Source: Octopus sinensis
Lineage: Eukaryota
Direction of reading: 5' to 3'
Length of the DNA: 64,000 bases
NCBI RefSeq assembly: GCF_006345805.1
Contig: NC_043014.1
Location: 12,586,001-12,650,000 of the forward strand
The notes beneath the pieces are model-generated. The model was not told the origin of the DNA. It saw only the letters and a program-made list of their open reading frames with translations, and made no database searches. Shown here in pieces: positions 11,462 to 24,649 of the stretch; the stretch's first letter is position 1; each line of letters begins with the position of its first letter. Made by a program: the position numbers and the translations under genes.

Positions 11462-12520
11462 CAGGGTGGTATCAAAAAGTTCCCCAACTAGTTCTGATTT
11501 CTTTATTGTCCACAAGGGGCTAATCATACAGGGGACATATAAGGATAGACAAACGGATTAAGTCAATTACATCGCCCCCAGTACCTAACTGGTACTTAAT
11601 TTATCGACCTCGAAAGGATGAAAGGTTAAGTCAACCTTGGCGGAATTTGAACTCAGAACGTAAAGTCAGAGGAAATACCATTAAGCATTTCGCCCAGCGT
11701 ACTAACGTTTCTGCTAGCTTGCTGCCTTTTATTTGTTTGAAAAGTATTCTTTTATTCTTTTATTTGTTTCAGTCATTTCACTATGGCCATGCTGGAGCAC
11801 CACCTTTAGTCGAGCAAATCGACCCCAGAATTAATTCATTGTAAGCCTAGTACTTATTCTACAGGTCTCTCTTGCCGAACTGCTTAGTGATGGGGAGGTA
11901 AACACACTAGCATCAGTTGTCAAGTGATGTTGGGGGAACAAACACAGACACACAAACATATACATACACATACACACACACACACACACATATACACATA
12001 CGACGGGCTTCTTTCAGTTTCTGTCTACTAAATCCACTCACAAGGCTTTGGAGGGCTCGAGGCTATAGTAGAAGACACTTGCCCAAGGTGTCATGCAGTG
12101 GAATTGAACCCGGAACCATGTGGTTGGTAAGCAAGCTACTTACCACACAGCCACTCCTGCGCCTATTGTTCAAGTTTAATAAACTTGTAGCGCACCAACA
12201 GATGGCAGCACATGGTTGCATGTGCAGAGAGAGCTGGTAGTGACCATCATGAGGCAGTGTGTAAGTGACATCACTGTGTTTACTTCACAAGTTGTGAAAT
12301 TCGGATTCTTTGAGATCACATGTATGCTGCAGTCTGCGATGTTGTCATGGGTGGAAGCAAAGAGCCAACGTGAAATTTTGTGCTAAATTTGGGATGTCTG
12401 CTATAGAGACATTGAGCATGCTTTTGCAATCTTATGGCAACAAGACAATGGATCATAAATGTGGAAGAACGTCCCTGAAAGACAGAGCTATCTGAAAGAC
12501 CTACTATGAGCATCACCCTC
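11462..12520 (+). mobile_element. mariner-like transposon 5' remnant split by nested SINEs (about 11497-12186)
   Basis: TA|CAGGGTGGTATCAAAAAGTT terminus. The sequence resumes at GTAGCGCACCAACAGATGGCAGCAC. The HTH N-terminus KQRANVKFCAKFGMSAIETLSMLLQSYG...KCGRTSLKD is in ORF 12310-12495. Confidence 0.75.
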
Positions 12521-12779
12521 GGAAATGTGGTATTGAGCATTGAGAATTTTTCCCCAGGGCTAGACTATCAATCAAAAGCTCCCCCCACCATGTATCGGGA
12601 ACAACTGTGTAGTATGTAAGATGAACCCACAGGTTAACTGTAAGATTAGGAAAGTATTGATAGTTTATAGCAAACAGTGTACTGAGGGACAGTGCAGAAA
12701 CAAGAAAACAACTTACAACGACAAATAATGTGAGTTCATGGCTGTTTCCTGCACCAGCTTCACACAGAAGCCCCAGCCC

Positions 12780-13353
12780 TTCCAAAGTGCCTTGGATCAC
12801 AGGACGGCCTGCTGTACTTACCTTGGATCGTAGGGCGACCCGCTGTGCTTGAGGAGACCTATTGAGTCAAGTACATCAGCATTAAAAAATCAAATGGAAA
12901 TTGTAGTTGCGATACCTGCGCCGGTGGCATGTACAATGCACCATCCGTACGTGGCCGATGCCAGCGCTGCCCTGACTAGCTTCCATGCTGGTGGCACGCA
13001 AAAAGCACCAACCAATCATGGCCATTGCCAGCCTACCCTGGCACCTGTGCCAGCAGCACGTAAAAAGCACCATCCGTATGTGGCCGATGCCAGCGCTGCC
13101 TTGACTGGCTTCCGTGTCGGTGGCTCGTAAAAACCACCAACTGATCATGGCCGTTGCCAGCCTCCCCTGGCACGTAAAAGCACCCACTACACTCATGGAG
13201 TGGTTGGCGTTAGGAAGGGCATCCAGCTGTAGAAACACTGCCAGATCAGACTGGAGCCTGGTGCAGTCGCCTGGCTTCCCAGACCCTGGTCGAACCGCCC
13301 AACCCATGCTAGCATGGAAAATGGACGTTAAACGATGATGATGATGATGATGA
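12780..13353 (+). mobile_element. RTE LINE 3' UTR with internal repeats and (GAT)n tail
   Basis: CACCCACTACACTC...GGAAGGGCATCCAGCTGTAGAAAC...GGACGTTAAACGATGATGATG. Confidence 0.8.
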
Positions 13354-14613
13354 TTGGGGAGATGGTATGGAGTATAGGGGAGTGGATAGGTGAACACTAG
13401 CAGGAGCTCAAAAGAGAGAAAAGCTCCCCAGCACTCTACCAACAAGCTCAATTAGAACAAAGAGGCTCAGTTAATAACGTAGATGCTGAGGTATTATCAA
13501 TGCTTAGAACAGACTGAAAATATTTTGATTCTACTGAACCTACAGTCATTAAAATACATAAAGATAAATATATTTCTGGGCTACAAGCAAACACACTCTG
13601 GAAGAATGAACAAAATGATAGGAGAATTCCATCAGATTTATACTTTCTTTTACTCTCTTTTACTTGTTTCAGTCATTTGACTGTGGCCATGCTGGAGCAC
13701 TGCCTTTAGTCGAACATATCGACCCCAGGACTTATTCTTTGTAAGCCTGGTCCTTATTCTATCGGTCTCTTTTGCCGAACCGCTAAGTTACGGGGACGCA
13801 AACACACCACCATTGGTTGTCAAGTGATGTTGCGGGGACAAACACAGACACACAAACATATACACACACATACATATATACGATGGGCTTCTTTCAGTTT
13901 CTGTCTACCAAATCCACTCACAAGGCTTTAGTTGGCCCGAGGCTATAGTTGAAGACACTTGCCCAAGGTGCCATGCAGCAGGACTGAACCCAGAACCATG
14001 TGGTTCGTAAGCAAGCTACTTACCACATAGCCACTCCTGCACCTATAGGAAACTTTTTAATTCAGCGTTCTCTTCTTTTTCCTATTTCCTTTTTTTCCCC
14101 CTTGTTTTAACCAGTTACGAACAAACAAAATTTGATGACGTCTTTTTTGTCTAGGAAGGAAAAAAATAGAAATAAACAAGTAAATAAATAAATAAATAAA
14201 GGACACGGATACAAACAATATAGTAAGCAAACCCATATACACACACATACAAAACATATAGAAATGCATTCACACACACACGAGCATGCACACACAAATA
14301 CATACACACAGATAGAGACGCAAATACATGCACAGAAAAGGATACACACCACAGAAAGACAGAATGGACTAAATAGAACAGGAAGAAACATATGGGATGG
14401 AGAGTCACTGAAGAGGTCACAGGGTGTGTAATGGAAGATTTCCAAACAATGACATAAAATAGGAACAATAAAAAATCTCAAGTGAAGAACAAATATATAG
14501 CGTGTGTGTTTATTTGGCAAAGAAAAAAAAATGACCATCCCAAAATATAACAATATCTGTTTCAACACATGATTTCATACCAGGAATCTTGAGAAATAAA
14601 TACATAAACATAC

Positions 14614-15050
14614 ATCATCATCATCATCATCGTTTAACGTTCGTTTTCCGCGCTAGCACAGGTTGGACGGTTCGACCGGGGTCTGGGGAGCCAGGGGCTG
14701 CTCCAGGCTCCAGTCTGATCTGGCAGTGTTTCTACAGCTGGATGCCCTTCCTAACGCCAACCACTCCGCGAGTGTAGTGGGTGCTTTTTACGTGCCACCT
14801 GCACAGGTGCCAGAGGGGTCTGGCATCGGTCACGATCGGTTGGTGCTTTTTATGTGCCACCGGCACAGAAGCCAGTCGAGGCGGGGCTGGTATCGGCCAC
14901 GTTCGGATGGTGCTTTTTATGTGCCACCGGCACAGAAGCCTTTCGAGGCGGAGTTGGCATCGGTCAGGTTCGGATGGTGCTTTTTATGTGCCACTGGCAC
15001 AGAAGCCAGTCGAGGCGGTACTGGCTACGGCCACGTTCGGATGGTGCTTA
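14614..15050 (-). mobile_element. RTE 3' UTR containing ~60-bp tandem units
   Basis: Four units of GGATGGTGCTTTTTATGTGCCACCGGCACAGAAGCC... Confidence 0.8.
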
Positions 15051-15061
15051 TACATATATAC

Positions 15062-15097
<36 letters not shown>

Positions 15098-15354
15098 TAT
15101 ACATACATAAATATAAATATATATATATAACACAAAGTAAGTTAGGGGTTATGGATCCAACCCACTAAGGGATAGTATTTATCCAATATACTGTTGGTAA
15201 AGTACCCAAATTCTTAATACATAAGTGTTTTTAATTGCAATGCAATTAACTTATTTATTGTATTAAACGGGTGAAGGTAAAGAAATATTTTACCGTTAAT
15301 TTATAATACAAATAAGAAAATGAAGAAAACTAAATTGTTCTCCATTTTCTTATT

Positions 15355-15392
<38 letters not shown>

Positions 15393-15393
<1 letters not shown>

Positions 15394-15750
15394 GAGCAAA
15401 ACGCCCCCAGTCCAATGGTCGTGCTGAGTTGTCAAACATTTAAACCAAATTTTCTCAAAACAACGTGTCCGACCGTCCCATAGGCCTCCCCTTTGAGAAA
15501 CACTGATTTTACCTAAATTTGAGGCACTAACAAAAGAAGAAATAAAGATAGACTTTTTTTTTATTCCAAAGAAAAACGATTTTATTCACTTTATCAATAG
15601 CATTCTCACCTAGAACCGATTTTTGTAATTTTTTCAAGACTTAAACACGCCCTGATACCGTCAGTATCTACATATGAAATTTGAGCACAATCAGATGGAG
15701 GATGCCCGAGATCCTAGAAGACACACACACAGAACGGATTTTATATAATA
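15393..15750 (-). mobile_element. unclassified (Helitron/HINE-like?) ~360-bp element embedded in (TA)n; second copy at about 36160-36528 in the opposite orientation
   Basis: Reverse-complement match between the two loci (ATAAAATCCGTTCTG...ACGTTTTGCTCG); TA-rich flanks; no CTAG 3' end seen. Confidence 0.6.
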
Positions 15751-15772
15751 TATATATATATATACATATATA

Positions 15773-16074
15773 TCACGTGATCACGTGACCGACCAGTCCA
15801 TCAGATATAGTTACACATCGCTGGTCACAATGCATTCGCATTGTTTTAGCCTTCGAATGACGCCACCCCGCTGGCTAAGGGAGCAGGCCAACAGAAGAGT
15901 GGGAGAAAGGGTGGTGAAAGAGTACAGCAGGGATCACCACCCCCTGCCAGAGCGTTGTGGAGCTTTTAGGTGTTTTCGCTCAATAAACACTCACAACACC
16001 CAGTCTGGGAATCGAAACCGCGATCCTGCGACCGCGAGTCCGCTGCCCTAACTACTGGGCCATTGCACCTCCAC
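15773..16074 (-). mobile_element. tRNA-derived SINE family 3, well-preserved copy with (CACGTGAT)n-type tail
   Basis: Minus strand GTGGAGGTGCAATGGCCCAGTAGTTAGGGCAGCGG...GGTTTCGATTCCC (A and B boxes); tail GTCACGTGATCACGTGAT. Confidence 0.85.
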
Positions 16075-16106
16075 ATATATATATATATATATACATATAT
16101 ATATGC

Positions 16107-16155
<49 letters not shown>

Positions 16156-16859
16156 TATATATACATACATACATATATATATGTATATATATACATATAC
16201 ATGTTGATGGTGTGTTTATGCCCCCAAAACTTAGCAGCTCAGCAAGACAGACCAATAGAATAAGTACCAGACTTTACAAGAAAAAAAAAATGAAAAAAAT
16301 AAGTACTGTGGTTGATATGTTTAACAAAAAAATCTCAAGGTGGTGCTCCAGCATGGCCACAATCTAATGACTGAAACAGATAAAAGACATATACATATAT
16401 ATGTAAGTTACTGTATGTCCATCTTTCCCGCCTCATCCTTTTTTTGTATATTTCTTCACCATCACTACGATCCCCCATCTCTGCATCTTACTATTTCTGC
16501 CTCTCTTTTTGCTCCTGTTTGAAAGCTATTTCCAGTCAGTTTTTTCTCTTCCTTCAAGCCCTTTCTATCACCCACTTAAGTTTCTCTCCTCTCACTCACT
16601 CCCTCTTTCTCTCTCTTACTTTCCCCATTTCCTTCTCTTTTTTTTTATCTCCCTGCCAATCTCATGCAAACAACATCGCTTGCACTTTTAAATTCCTTCT
16701 TCTTTCAGTGTCAGTTGCAAAGTGTCAAATTTTAACAGATGAATTGATTAATGTAGAACTGTTAACGACTGTGACATAAGAGATGATTTTAATTTAAGCA
16801 GGATGCAGGTTCAAATTGCAGCCAAATATAGTTTGTTTTTTATGTAAGAAAATGTCTTC

Positions 16860-18290
16860 TAATGATGTTTCCATTAATAATGGTTTCAAATCTTGGCACA
16901 AGGCCAATTACATTGATTCCTGTATGCAACTGGTTCTTATTTTATTGACCTCAAGAGGATGAAGGGCGAAGCTGACTTCAGTGGAATTTGAACTCAGAAC
17001 ATAAGGACAGACGAAATGCTGCTAAGCATTTTGTCCAGCATGTTAACAATTCTGCCAGCTTGCCGCCTTAATATTAATGATAATAATTCTTTCAACAATA
17101 GGCACAAGACTTGAATTTGGAGGGGAAGGGAGTAGACCATTACATTAACCCTTTTGTTACTGTATTTATTTGGAGATGCTCTGCGTTTCTTTCATTTACT
17201 TTAAATATAACAAAGAATTTAGTAAAATAACTTAGTTATCATTCAGTTAGTGTTAGGAACCAAAATTGTGACTAAGGTTTGGTGGAAGATTTCCATTCAA
17301 AACTTTTGAAAGCAAGACATTTGTACTACAGAGCCAGAGCCTGTTTCAGCCGGGTTGGTAACGAAAGGGTTAACCTTAGTGTCTCACTGGCACTTAATCA
17401 ATAGGATGAAAAGCAAAGTTGACCTTGGTGGAATTTAAACTCACAATGCAAGGATGGACAAAATGTCGCCAAGCACTTTCCCTGGCATGGTAACGATTCT
17501 GCCAGCTCACCACCTTAATAATAATGATAATAATAATAATTCTTTCCAAGGCGGTGAGCTGGCAGAATCGTTAGCACACCGGGCAAATGCTTAGCAGTAT
17601 TTCGTCTGCCGCTACATTCTGAGTTCAAATTCCGCCGAGGTCGACTTTGCCTTTCATCCTTTCGGGGTCGATTAAATAAGTACTAGTTACGCACTGTGGT
17701 CGATATAATCGACTTAATCCATTTGTCTGTCCTTTCTGTGTTTAGCCCCTTGTGGGTAGTCAAGAAATAGGTATTTTGTCAGTCTTTACATTCTGAGTTC
17801 AAATTCCATCGAGGTCGACTTTGCCTTTCCTCCTTTCAGGGTCAATAAATTAAGTACCAGTTACATACTGGGGCCAATCTAATCAACTAGCCCCTTCCCC
17901 CAAACTTTCAGGCCTTGTGCCTAGAGTAGAAAAGAATAATTCGTTCTACTATAGGCACAAGGCCTGAAATTTGGGGAAGAGGATTAATTGATTACATTGA
18001 CCCCAGTGTTTCACTGGTGCTTATTCCATTGTCCCCAAAGGGATGAAAGGCAAAGTCGACCTCAGAACGTAAGGACAAATGAAATGCTGCTTAGCATTTT
18101 GTCCAGCATGCTAATGATTCTGCCAATTCACTGCCTTAACAGTTTGAAATTTTGGCAAAAGGCCAGCAATTTCAGGGGAAGTGGTTAGTCAATTACATCA
18201 ACCCCAATACTCAACTGGTAATTATTTTACTGATTCTGAAGGGATGAAAGGTAAAGTCGACCTCAGCAGAATTTGAACTCAGAATGTAAA
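16860..18290. mobile_element. dense SINE family 1 cluster (minus and plus copies; one split by a MITE at 17149-17369)
   Basis: Plus copy GGCGGTGAGCTGGCAGAATCGTTAG...GAGTTCAAATTCC at 17548-17935; minus copies on both sides. Confidence 0.85.
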
Positions 18291-19707
18291 GATAAGCGCA
18301 GGAGTGGCTGTGTGGTAAGTACCTTGCTTATTAACCACATGGTTCCGGTTCAGTCCCACTGCATGGCACCTTGGGCAAGTGTCTTCTACTATGACCTCGG
18401 GCCGACCAAAGCCTTGTGAGTGGATTTGATAGACGGAAACTGAAAGAAGCCCGTCATATATATATATATGTATGTATGTGTTTGTGTGTCTGTGTTTGTC
18501 CCCCCCCCCAACATTGCTTGACCACCGTAACTTAGCAGTTCAGCAAAAGAGACTGATAGAATAAGTACTAGGCTTACAAAGAATAAGTCCTGGGGTCAAT
18601 TTGCTTGACTAAAAGGCAGTGCACCAGCATGGCCACAGTCAAATGACTGAAACAAGTAAAAGAGTAAAAAGAGTATAGCCATGGCAGTGGCTTCTGATCT
18701 TAACTGATTGTGTTATCATGTACATTGTTTTGTCTCGGTATAAAAGATGGGCTACAGCAAATATTCTACTGAATACCACAGATTTGCTTGTCAGTTGTTT
18801 GACCTTAACCAGTTGACCATGTCCCTAAGTGGCTGACTACATGTGCATCTCTGATCATGAGCAGAAATAGTGGGGGAGCATCATAGCCATGTGTTGAGGG
18901 GAATTCTTTGGGTTTGAATAATTCACCTTTGGAAACATGGGTATTTCATTCAACATCCTTAAGCAACCCTTTTGAGCAGGATGGGTTACTCGACCAGAAG
19001 AAAATTCTAATTGGGCCCCACCTGCAAGGTCATGCGCTGTTTATCTTGATATGAGATCACCATGTCGCGCACATATGGTTGTGATGCATATGCCTGGTGT
19101 ACCCTTATCAGACAGGTAGTCATGATGGGTATACTGGGCTTCTTATATTTTACCCCATTGTTGCAAAGGGAGCTTCTTACCTATACAGCTATGCCCGTGG
19201 CTATGTTTAGCAATGTTTTCTGGGGACTGAATGAGACTGCCTCAAATTTCAAATATTGGTTTAAAAGCAAACAAGATTTTATAGAAGGAAGAGTCAATAA
19301 AGCAGTGGAATGAATGTAATTAATTTATTGGTCTCATACATAAAAGAAAACTGCAATCCAAATTGGTTTTGAATTTGAGATAAAACTAAATCCAATAATT
19401 TTTTTTCCCTATTCTTTCTTTTTTTTTTGTAACACTTTGAAGTTTTGTTCGTTCATCCACCATGACATTCACACTGAATTTCGTTCATCAAACCAGAAAA
19501 TGACCCAATAAAATATGCATTTACTTGAAAGACTATATTCTCCCTAGTGTGAACCACCACCACATTGTGACCAGCGATGTGTAGCAACAACTGGTAGGTC
19601 ACGGTGATCACAGTGATATATATATATATAGGTGCATTAGGTTATGTACCAATAAATTTGCACAAAAACCTAGAAATAATATGTTAGATTCGCCAAATCC
19701 AACATAT

Positions 19708-20092
19708 TCTTTTCTACTCTAGGCACAAAGCCCGAAATTTTTGGAGAGGGGACCAGTCGATTACATCGACCCCAGTGCGTAACTGGTACTTAATTTATCG
19801 ACTCCCGAAAGGATGATAGGCAAAGTCGACCTCGGCGGAATTTGAACTCAGAACGTAAAAACAGACGAAATACCTATTTCTTTACTAGCCACAAGGGGCT
19901 AAACACAGAGAGGACAAACAAACGGATTAAGTCGATTATATCGATCCCAGTGCGTAACTGGTACTTATTTAATCGACCCCCGAAAGGATGAAAGGCAAAG
20001 TCGACCTCGGCGGAATTTGAACTCACAACGTAATGGCAGACGAAATACAGCTTAGCATTTCGCCCGGCCTGCTAACGATTCTGCCAGCTCGC
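19708..20092 (-). mobile_element. SINE family 1 composite copy, inverted relative to 17548-17935
   Basis: GTCGACCTCGGCGGAATTTGAACTCAG...GATTCTGCCAGCTCGCC with CpGs retained (young copy). Confidence 0.85.
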
Positions 20093-21139
20093 CAAATCCA
20101 ACATTTTAGTGGCACAGTGAAGATTTGTAAGACATTCCAGAAATACTCCGAGATTTTCTATGTGAATAGATGCTCGCAATTGGCTGTATGCTTCAACAGT
20201 TCAACCAACTCAACCATATATTTACAAACACTGGGAACTCTCTTAACTCCAAAGGTCTTTGTTGCTTTGTTAAGCAACCAGCTTGAACTCTCTCAAGAGC
20301 GTAAACTCACAAAAAAATAAATAAATAACACACACATACGCGTGCGCGACTGATTTCTTTGATCTTTCGTTCACCAAACCCACTCACAAGACCTTGGGTT
20401 GCCCAGGGGCTATAGTAGGAGACACTCGCCCAAGGTGTCACGCAGTGGAACTGAACTCGTGACCAAGTTGTTGGTAAGCAAGCTTTTTACAACGAATGTA
20501 TAAAAAAAATTGCGTGGATATAAACTCTGTTCTATTCTCTGTCCGGTAACCATTCAATTATAGAAATATTGATTTTTGACAACAGCACAAGGTCTTAAAT
20601 TTGAAGTGAGGGTGTAGGCAATTAAACCAGAGTTGACATCGGCGGGGTTTGAACTCGGAGCATAAAGAACAGTAATTGCAGGAATATTAACAAAGTTTGA
20701 AACTTCTAAATTCAGGGAAAAATTAAGGAGTCAAAATTTCATTTCATCTATTTGAAAATTTATATATAAATCAGGGAATGTACTCATGACACCTGTAAGT
20801 TTAACAAGTTTCCGAACTGCTGTTTTACACCTGGCGTAAAAAGTTTCGGGCACGACTAATGGTTTGTAACAAAAGAAGTTTAAAGTATGGCTTGAAGATA
20901 GAAATAATAATGAATATTTAGCATTTCTTACGATAATATTCCATCACGGATGATTTTTTTCTGAATTACCAAAGGGACATAATAGTAAAACATCCAGTCT
21001 TGGAAAAAATGTAGCAGTTTTGGCAAGAAGAGAAACTGACTTAATTTAGAAAACTTATTTTATAAAAAAATAAATTAAAATAAATTAATAAAACATCACG
21101 GTCTTGTATGTGTGCTTTTTTTTAATGCCCTAGTAAAAT

Positions 21140-21700
21140 AAAAATTACGAATGGGTCGGTGCGTGATTAAATATACATTAAAACACATTTGAAAAACAGT
21201 AGTGCTGAGTTAAGCGAAATTTAATAATTTTTCAGGTCACCGATGGAAAAGTGAAGTGACAACGTTTATAAAGTGGGTAATTAATGTTGCGGCTGGATTT
21301 TTCTTTTTTAAAAAAAAATGGTCTGGTTTTTCTTTTATAAGATTCGCGGATTTACTATGGGTGTAGACGTTTAAAAGTAAAGTATATATAATATAATTTG
21401 GAGCGAGTGCGTCAGTGGGGGAAGATGTTTCGTATGGACAGGGACAGATTAATGAAAAGCACCAGCTGAAAACGAGGCTGTGGTGAGGCGGAGGAATATT
21501 GAATAACATCAAAATAGTCAAGATGGCGTCACCATCCATCTCCGTTGTCATTACAAAGCTCTACTGCTCTCCCTACTCGGCAAATTGTCGCCACACTGTA
21601 GCGATCGAGCATTTACTGCAGTGCTAAGCACCATCTCGCCCCTTTTAACTAAACCGTGATGTCTGTGTATACGCAGTCCAATGAGAAATACCAACACCTG
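21140..21700 (+). promoter_or_regulatory. probable promoter/TSS region of the bHLH gene
   Basis: Local CpG enrichment in a CpG-poor window; YY1-type motif CAAGATGGCG at 21519-21528; lies in a repeat-free stretch; followed by a strong donor at 22080. Confidence 0.6.
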
Positions 21701-22080
21701 CGACATCAACAAAATCAGGAGGCGGGAGAAGCTGTTATTGGTTTTACAAGCGCTGACCGTTTCTGTTATTTCCTTCTTTATCAGCCCGTCACATGTATAA
21801 TCTTTGCTATGAGTGTTTCTTACCAAATTCTTAATATCGATTCGGACATCTGTACTGAAGATCTGAGTGTCACATCTGATAGGAGTGCTAATGCTTCCAG
21901 CCTGGAGAATCGTCTTTTAGCCCTGGGACAAGATGACAACAGCGTCAGCGAATATTTCAACTGTATCGTTTACCTTCTTTTTAAAATTAACACTGTTATC
22001 AAGTATAATAATCTCAAAGACAAAATAACCTTTCTCACTGGAACTTTGTTGAGGATAAGTTTATTATAGCATCTTTTCGG
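21520..22080 (+). other. probable non-coding first exon (5' UTR, start uncertain) with upstream ORFs
   Basis: Donor CGG|GTAAGA at 22080/22081 followed by a pyrimidine/AT-rich intron; all three frames are closed before the donor; linkage to the downstream coding exons is inferred. Confidence 0.5.
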
Positions 22081-24368
22081 GTAAGAGCAATATTTTCTTT
22101 CTTTTCTCTAAAACATCTGTTTATATACTGTGTGTACATGCTCACCCACCTAAAACCTCTTCCCTTATTCACATTACATGCTTGTCGCCGTCTCTGGTTC
22201 TTTTTACTAAATTTATTTATCTTCAAGTGTTTTCTGAATGTTTTTTTCAGAAACCGATGATGTCTTTACTTCCCAATGTTAAAGATAAACTTTCACACCT
22301 GCTCATCACATATTTTTTAAATAATTTTAAAAACATTTCAGATAATTTTAAAGCCATTCTTATAATCACCTACTTTCAAATATTGCATAATTTTAGAGGT
22401 TTCTTTTCTTCCCCCAGTAAAAATAATTGTCAAAGTTAAATTTGTAGAACATCATTACATCCCTAAATTAATATTGTACCAGCATAAACTTTATTTTAGT
22501 CGACTACCACTGTTCACAAGTCATTTGATACTGTGGTTTCTCTTTTTAAATTCAAACCACACTCTGTCTCTTTGCCATATATTCTCTTTATAATATAAAT
22601 ATGTGCCGTGTGTCTTCTATTTAGTAAGAGTGAGGCGATGTGGATGACGATTTTACAGTTTGTTTACTATAGTTTTGGAGGAATTTTCGATTTGTGCTAC
22701 ACTCTTCCTGGATCCTGCTCATTAAAGCTTCTCTCTCAGGCAACACCAGAATAATATAGTTTTATTATCTCTTGCCAGCCTGTTTTTTATTGTTATTTTT
22801 TAAATTCGTTATTTCATTTGATTTTGTATAAATTTCTACTTCCTTTCTTTCTAATTTTCATAATTATGACATTTTTATGTACATTTTAAAGTAGTATACC
22901 ATCTACCAACTTTATAGACAGTACAGTTTATAATATAAATCGATATAATAACTTCGAACCCCAAAACCTTAATAATATTCTAAGAAATTATTAAGTCCTA
23001 ATATAAACACAACATATGATTTGCATACAAACTTTAATGTCAATTTTTCTCGATTTTCAATTTATTTTTTCTATTAAATACATGGGATTATTTTTTCTCG
23101 AATCCCTTCATCGTTGTTTGTATTAATTGCCTTTTTTTATTGTCATAAACAATCGATCAGATTGTTCATTAGGCGCAGTTCATCACGATAATCTGTTTTC
23201 ATTAAGTCATACCTAGTTGCTAGTTACAATATGGCTATATCAATCAATCAATAGCCTCATATCTCGATCTTTAATACTAATTCAATTTATAAGTAGGTAT
23301 ATTCTGCTATATAATTTTTGTCTTAGAGCAAAGTTGGAAATAACTGAATCGTCACACACAACCTCGCTTCGCTATGAATTATATAGCTTTATTATTCAAG
23401 TGTCATTAATTGTCTAACTAATCGGTTTTTTGAAGACTATTATCTTTTGTGCATGTGAATATTATATACTCCAATTAATTGATAGACGGCGCAACACATT
23501 GACCAGCTAATTCATGTGAAATTAAGAGTACAGGTCCTATCAAACATTGATTATTGTTCCACTTGCTTTGAGTTCAAGTTTGTCATATTAGCAATTTATA
23601 TTTATTTCAATAGATAAATTTCAAATTGACACTTCTTTTATTTTAACAATTTAAAAAACGTTTGACGATTTCGTTTTTTTTTTTTTTTTCTTTATTGTAT
23701 TTGTCTAATTTAGAGTCGCCTAAAGCTCGAAATTAGGTTTTCTCTTTTTTAAAGAGACATTTGTACATGATTTTTTTTAAAGATTACATAGTATGAAAGG
23801 AATTAATAATATAAAACTACTATATAACTACAGGGTTTTTTTTTATATATGTCTCTATGAAACATCTAAATTAAATTACATTTAATGTACCAGTTTTTAA
23901 AATATTTAACTTCAGTATTAAAGAACCAACTTTAAATTGTTGGGAACAGTTAATGTTGTTGACATGAGCAGAAATTAGACAAAGAGAACAGCTGAGTCAG
24001 TACTTTATAGGGGATTGGGAAAACTAGAAACTCTATTACAGAATAAGTAAAAACCTTTTTTTATGTTAGCTGGTTTTAGCTTTTTCTTCTTAAGTAAATT
24101 TATATAACGTTTGTCTGTAAGAGCTTTACGAATTTATGTTTTAAGACTGTTTGATTCCCATTAGTTTGTCAGTGTGGGATGTAGGACAATTTTTTAAGGT
24201 ATTTTCTCTTAGCTGTTTGCTGTTACGGATTTACTTGAAAATTATCCATTCAGCTGAGACTGATGGAAGTCAGCGAAGCATTAAATCATTCGTTTACTTT
24301 AAAAAAAAATTCTTACTCCATTATTGACCTGTATTGAGTTTTCATTATTTTATTAACACACACACGCG

Positions 24369-24402
<34 letters not shown>

Positions 24403-24649
24403 TCACCATCATCGTCGTTTTTAATGTCCTCTTCACTTTTCCATGCTTACATGGGTCAGACGGATGTTTGACGCTCGGATGTTATTCCTGTCTTCAATAT
24501 TCACGTGTTTCTAAGCAAGGTAATATTTCCCCGTGACTGGATGTTTTACCATTGAAGATTGGAAATACGAAACACTGCTTGTATGACGGTGGCACTCATT
24601 TACAACTATCACGCGATGTCACGACAAGAGAGCACACACATATGAATAC

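Noticed and set aside
14107-14568. Cys/Val-rich and Tyr/Ile-rich ORFs (also 15966-16263, 26984-27502)
   Set aside because: Products of (CA)n/(TA)n microsatellites and purine-rich low-complexity DNA.
15990-16074. tRNA gene candidates (also other A/B-box heads)
   Set aside because: They run directly into SINE bodies and do not complete a cloverleaf with an acceptor stem.
21236-21276. Possible 41-nt upstream exon (TTTTTCAG|...GG|GTAATT)
   Set aside because: The splice-like signals may be chance; no supporting upstream exon or promoter identified. Needs transcript data.
21237-21551. Minus-strand 104-aa ORF at the promoter (possible divergent gene)
   Set aside because: No recognisable domain, no convincing donor, and no downstream minus-strand exons found in 1-21000.
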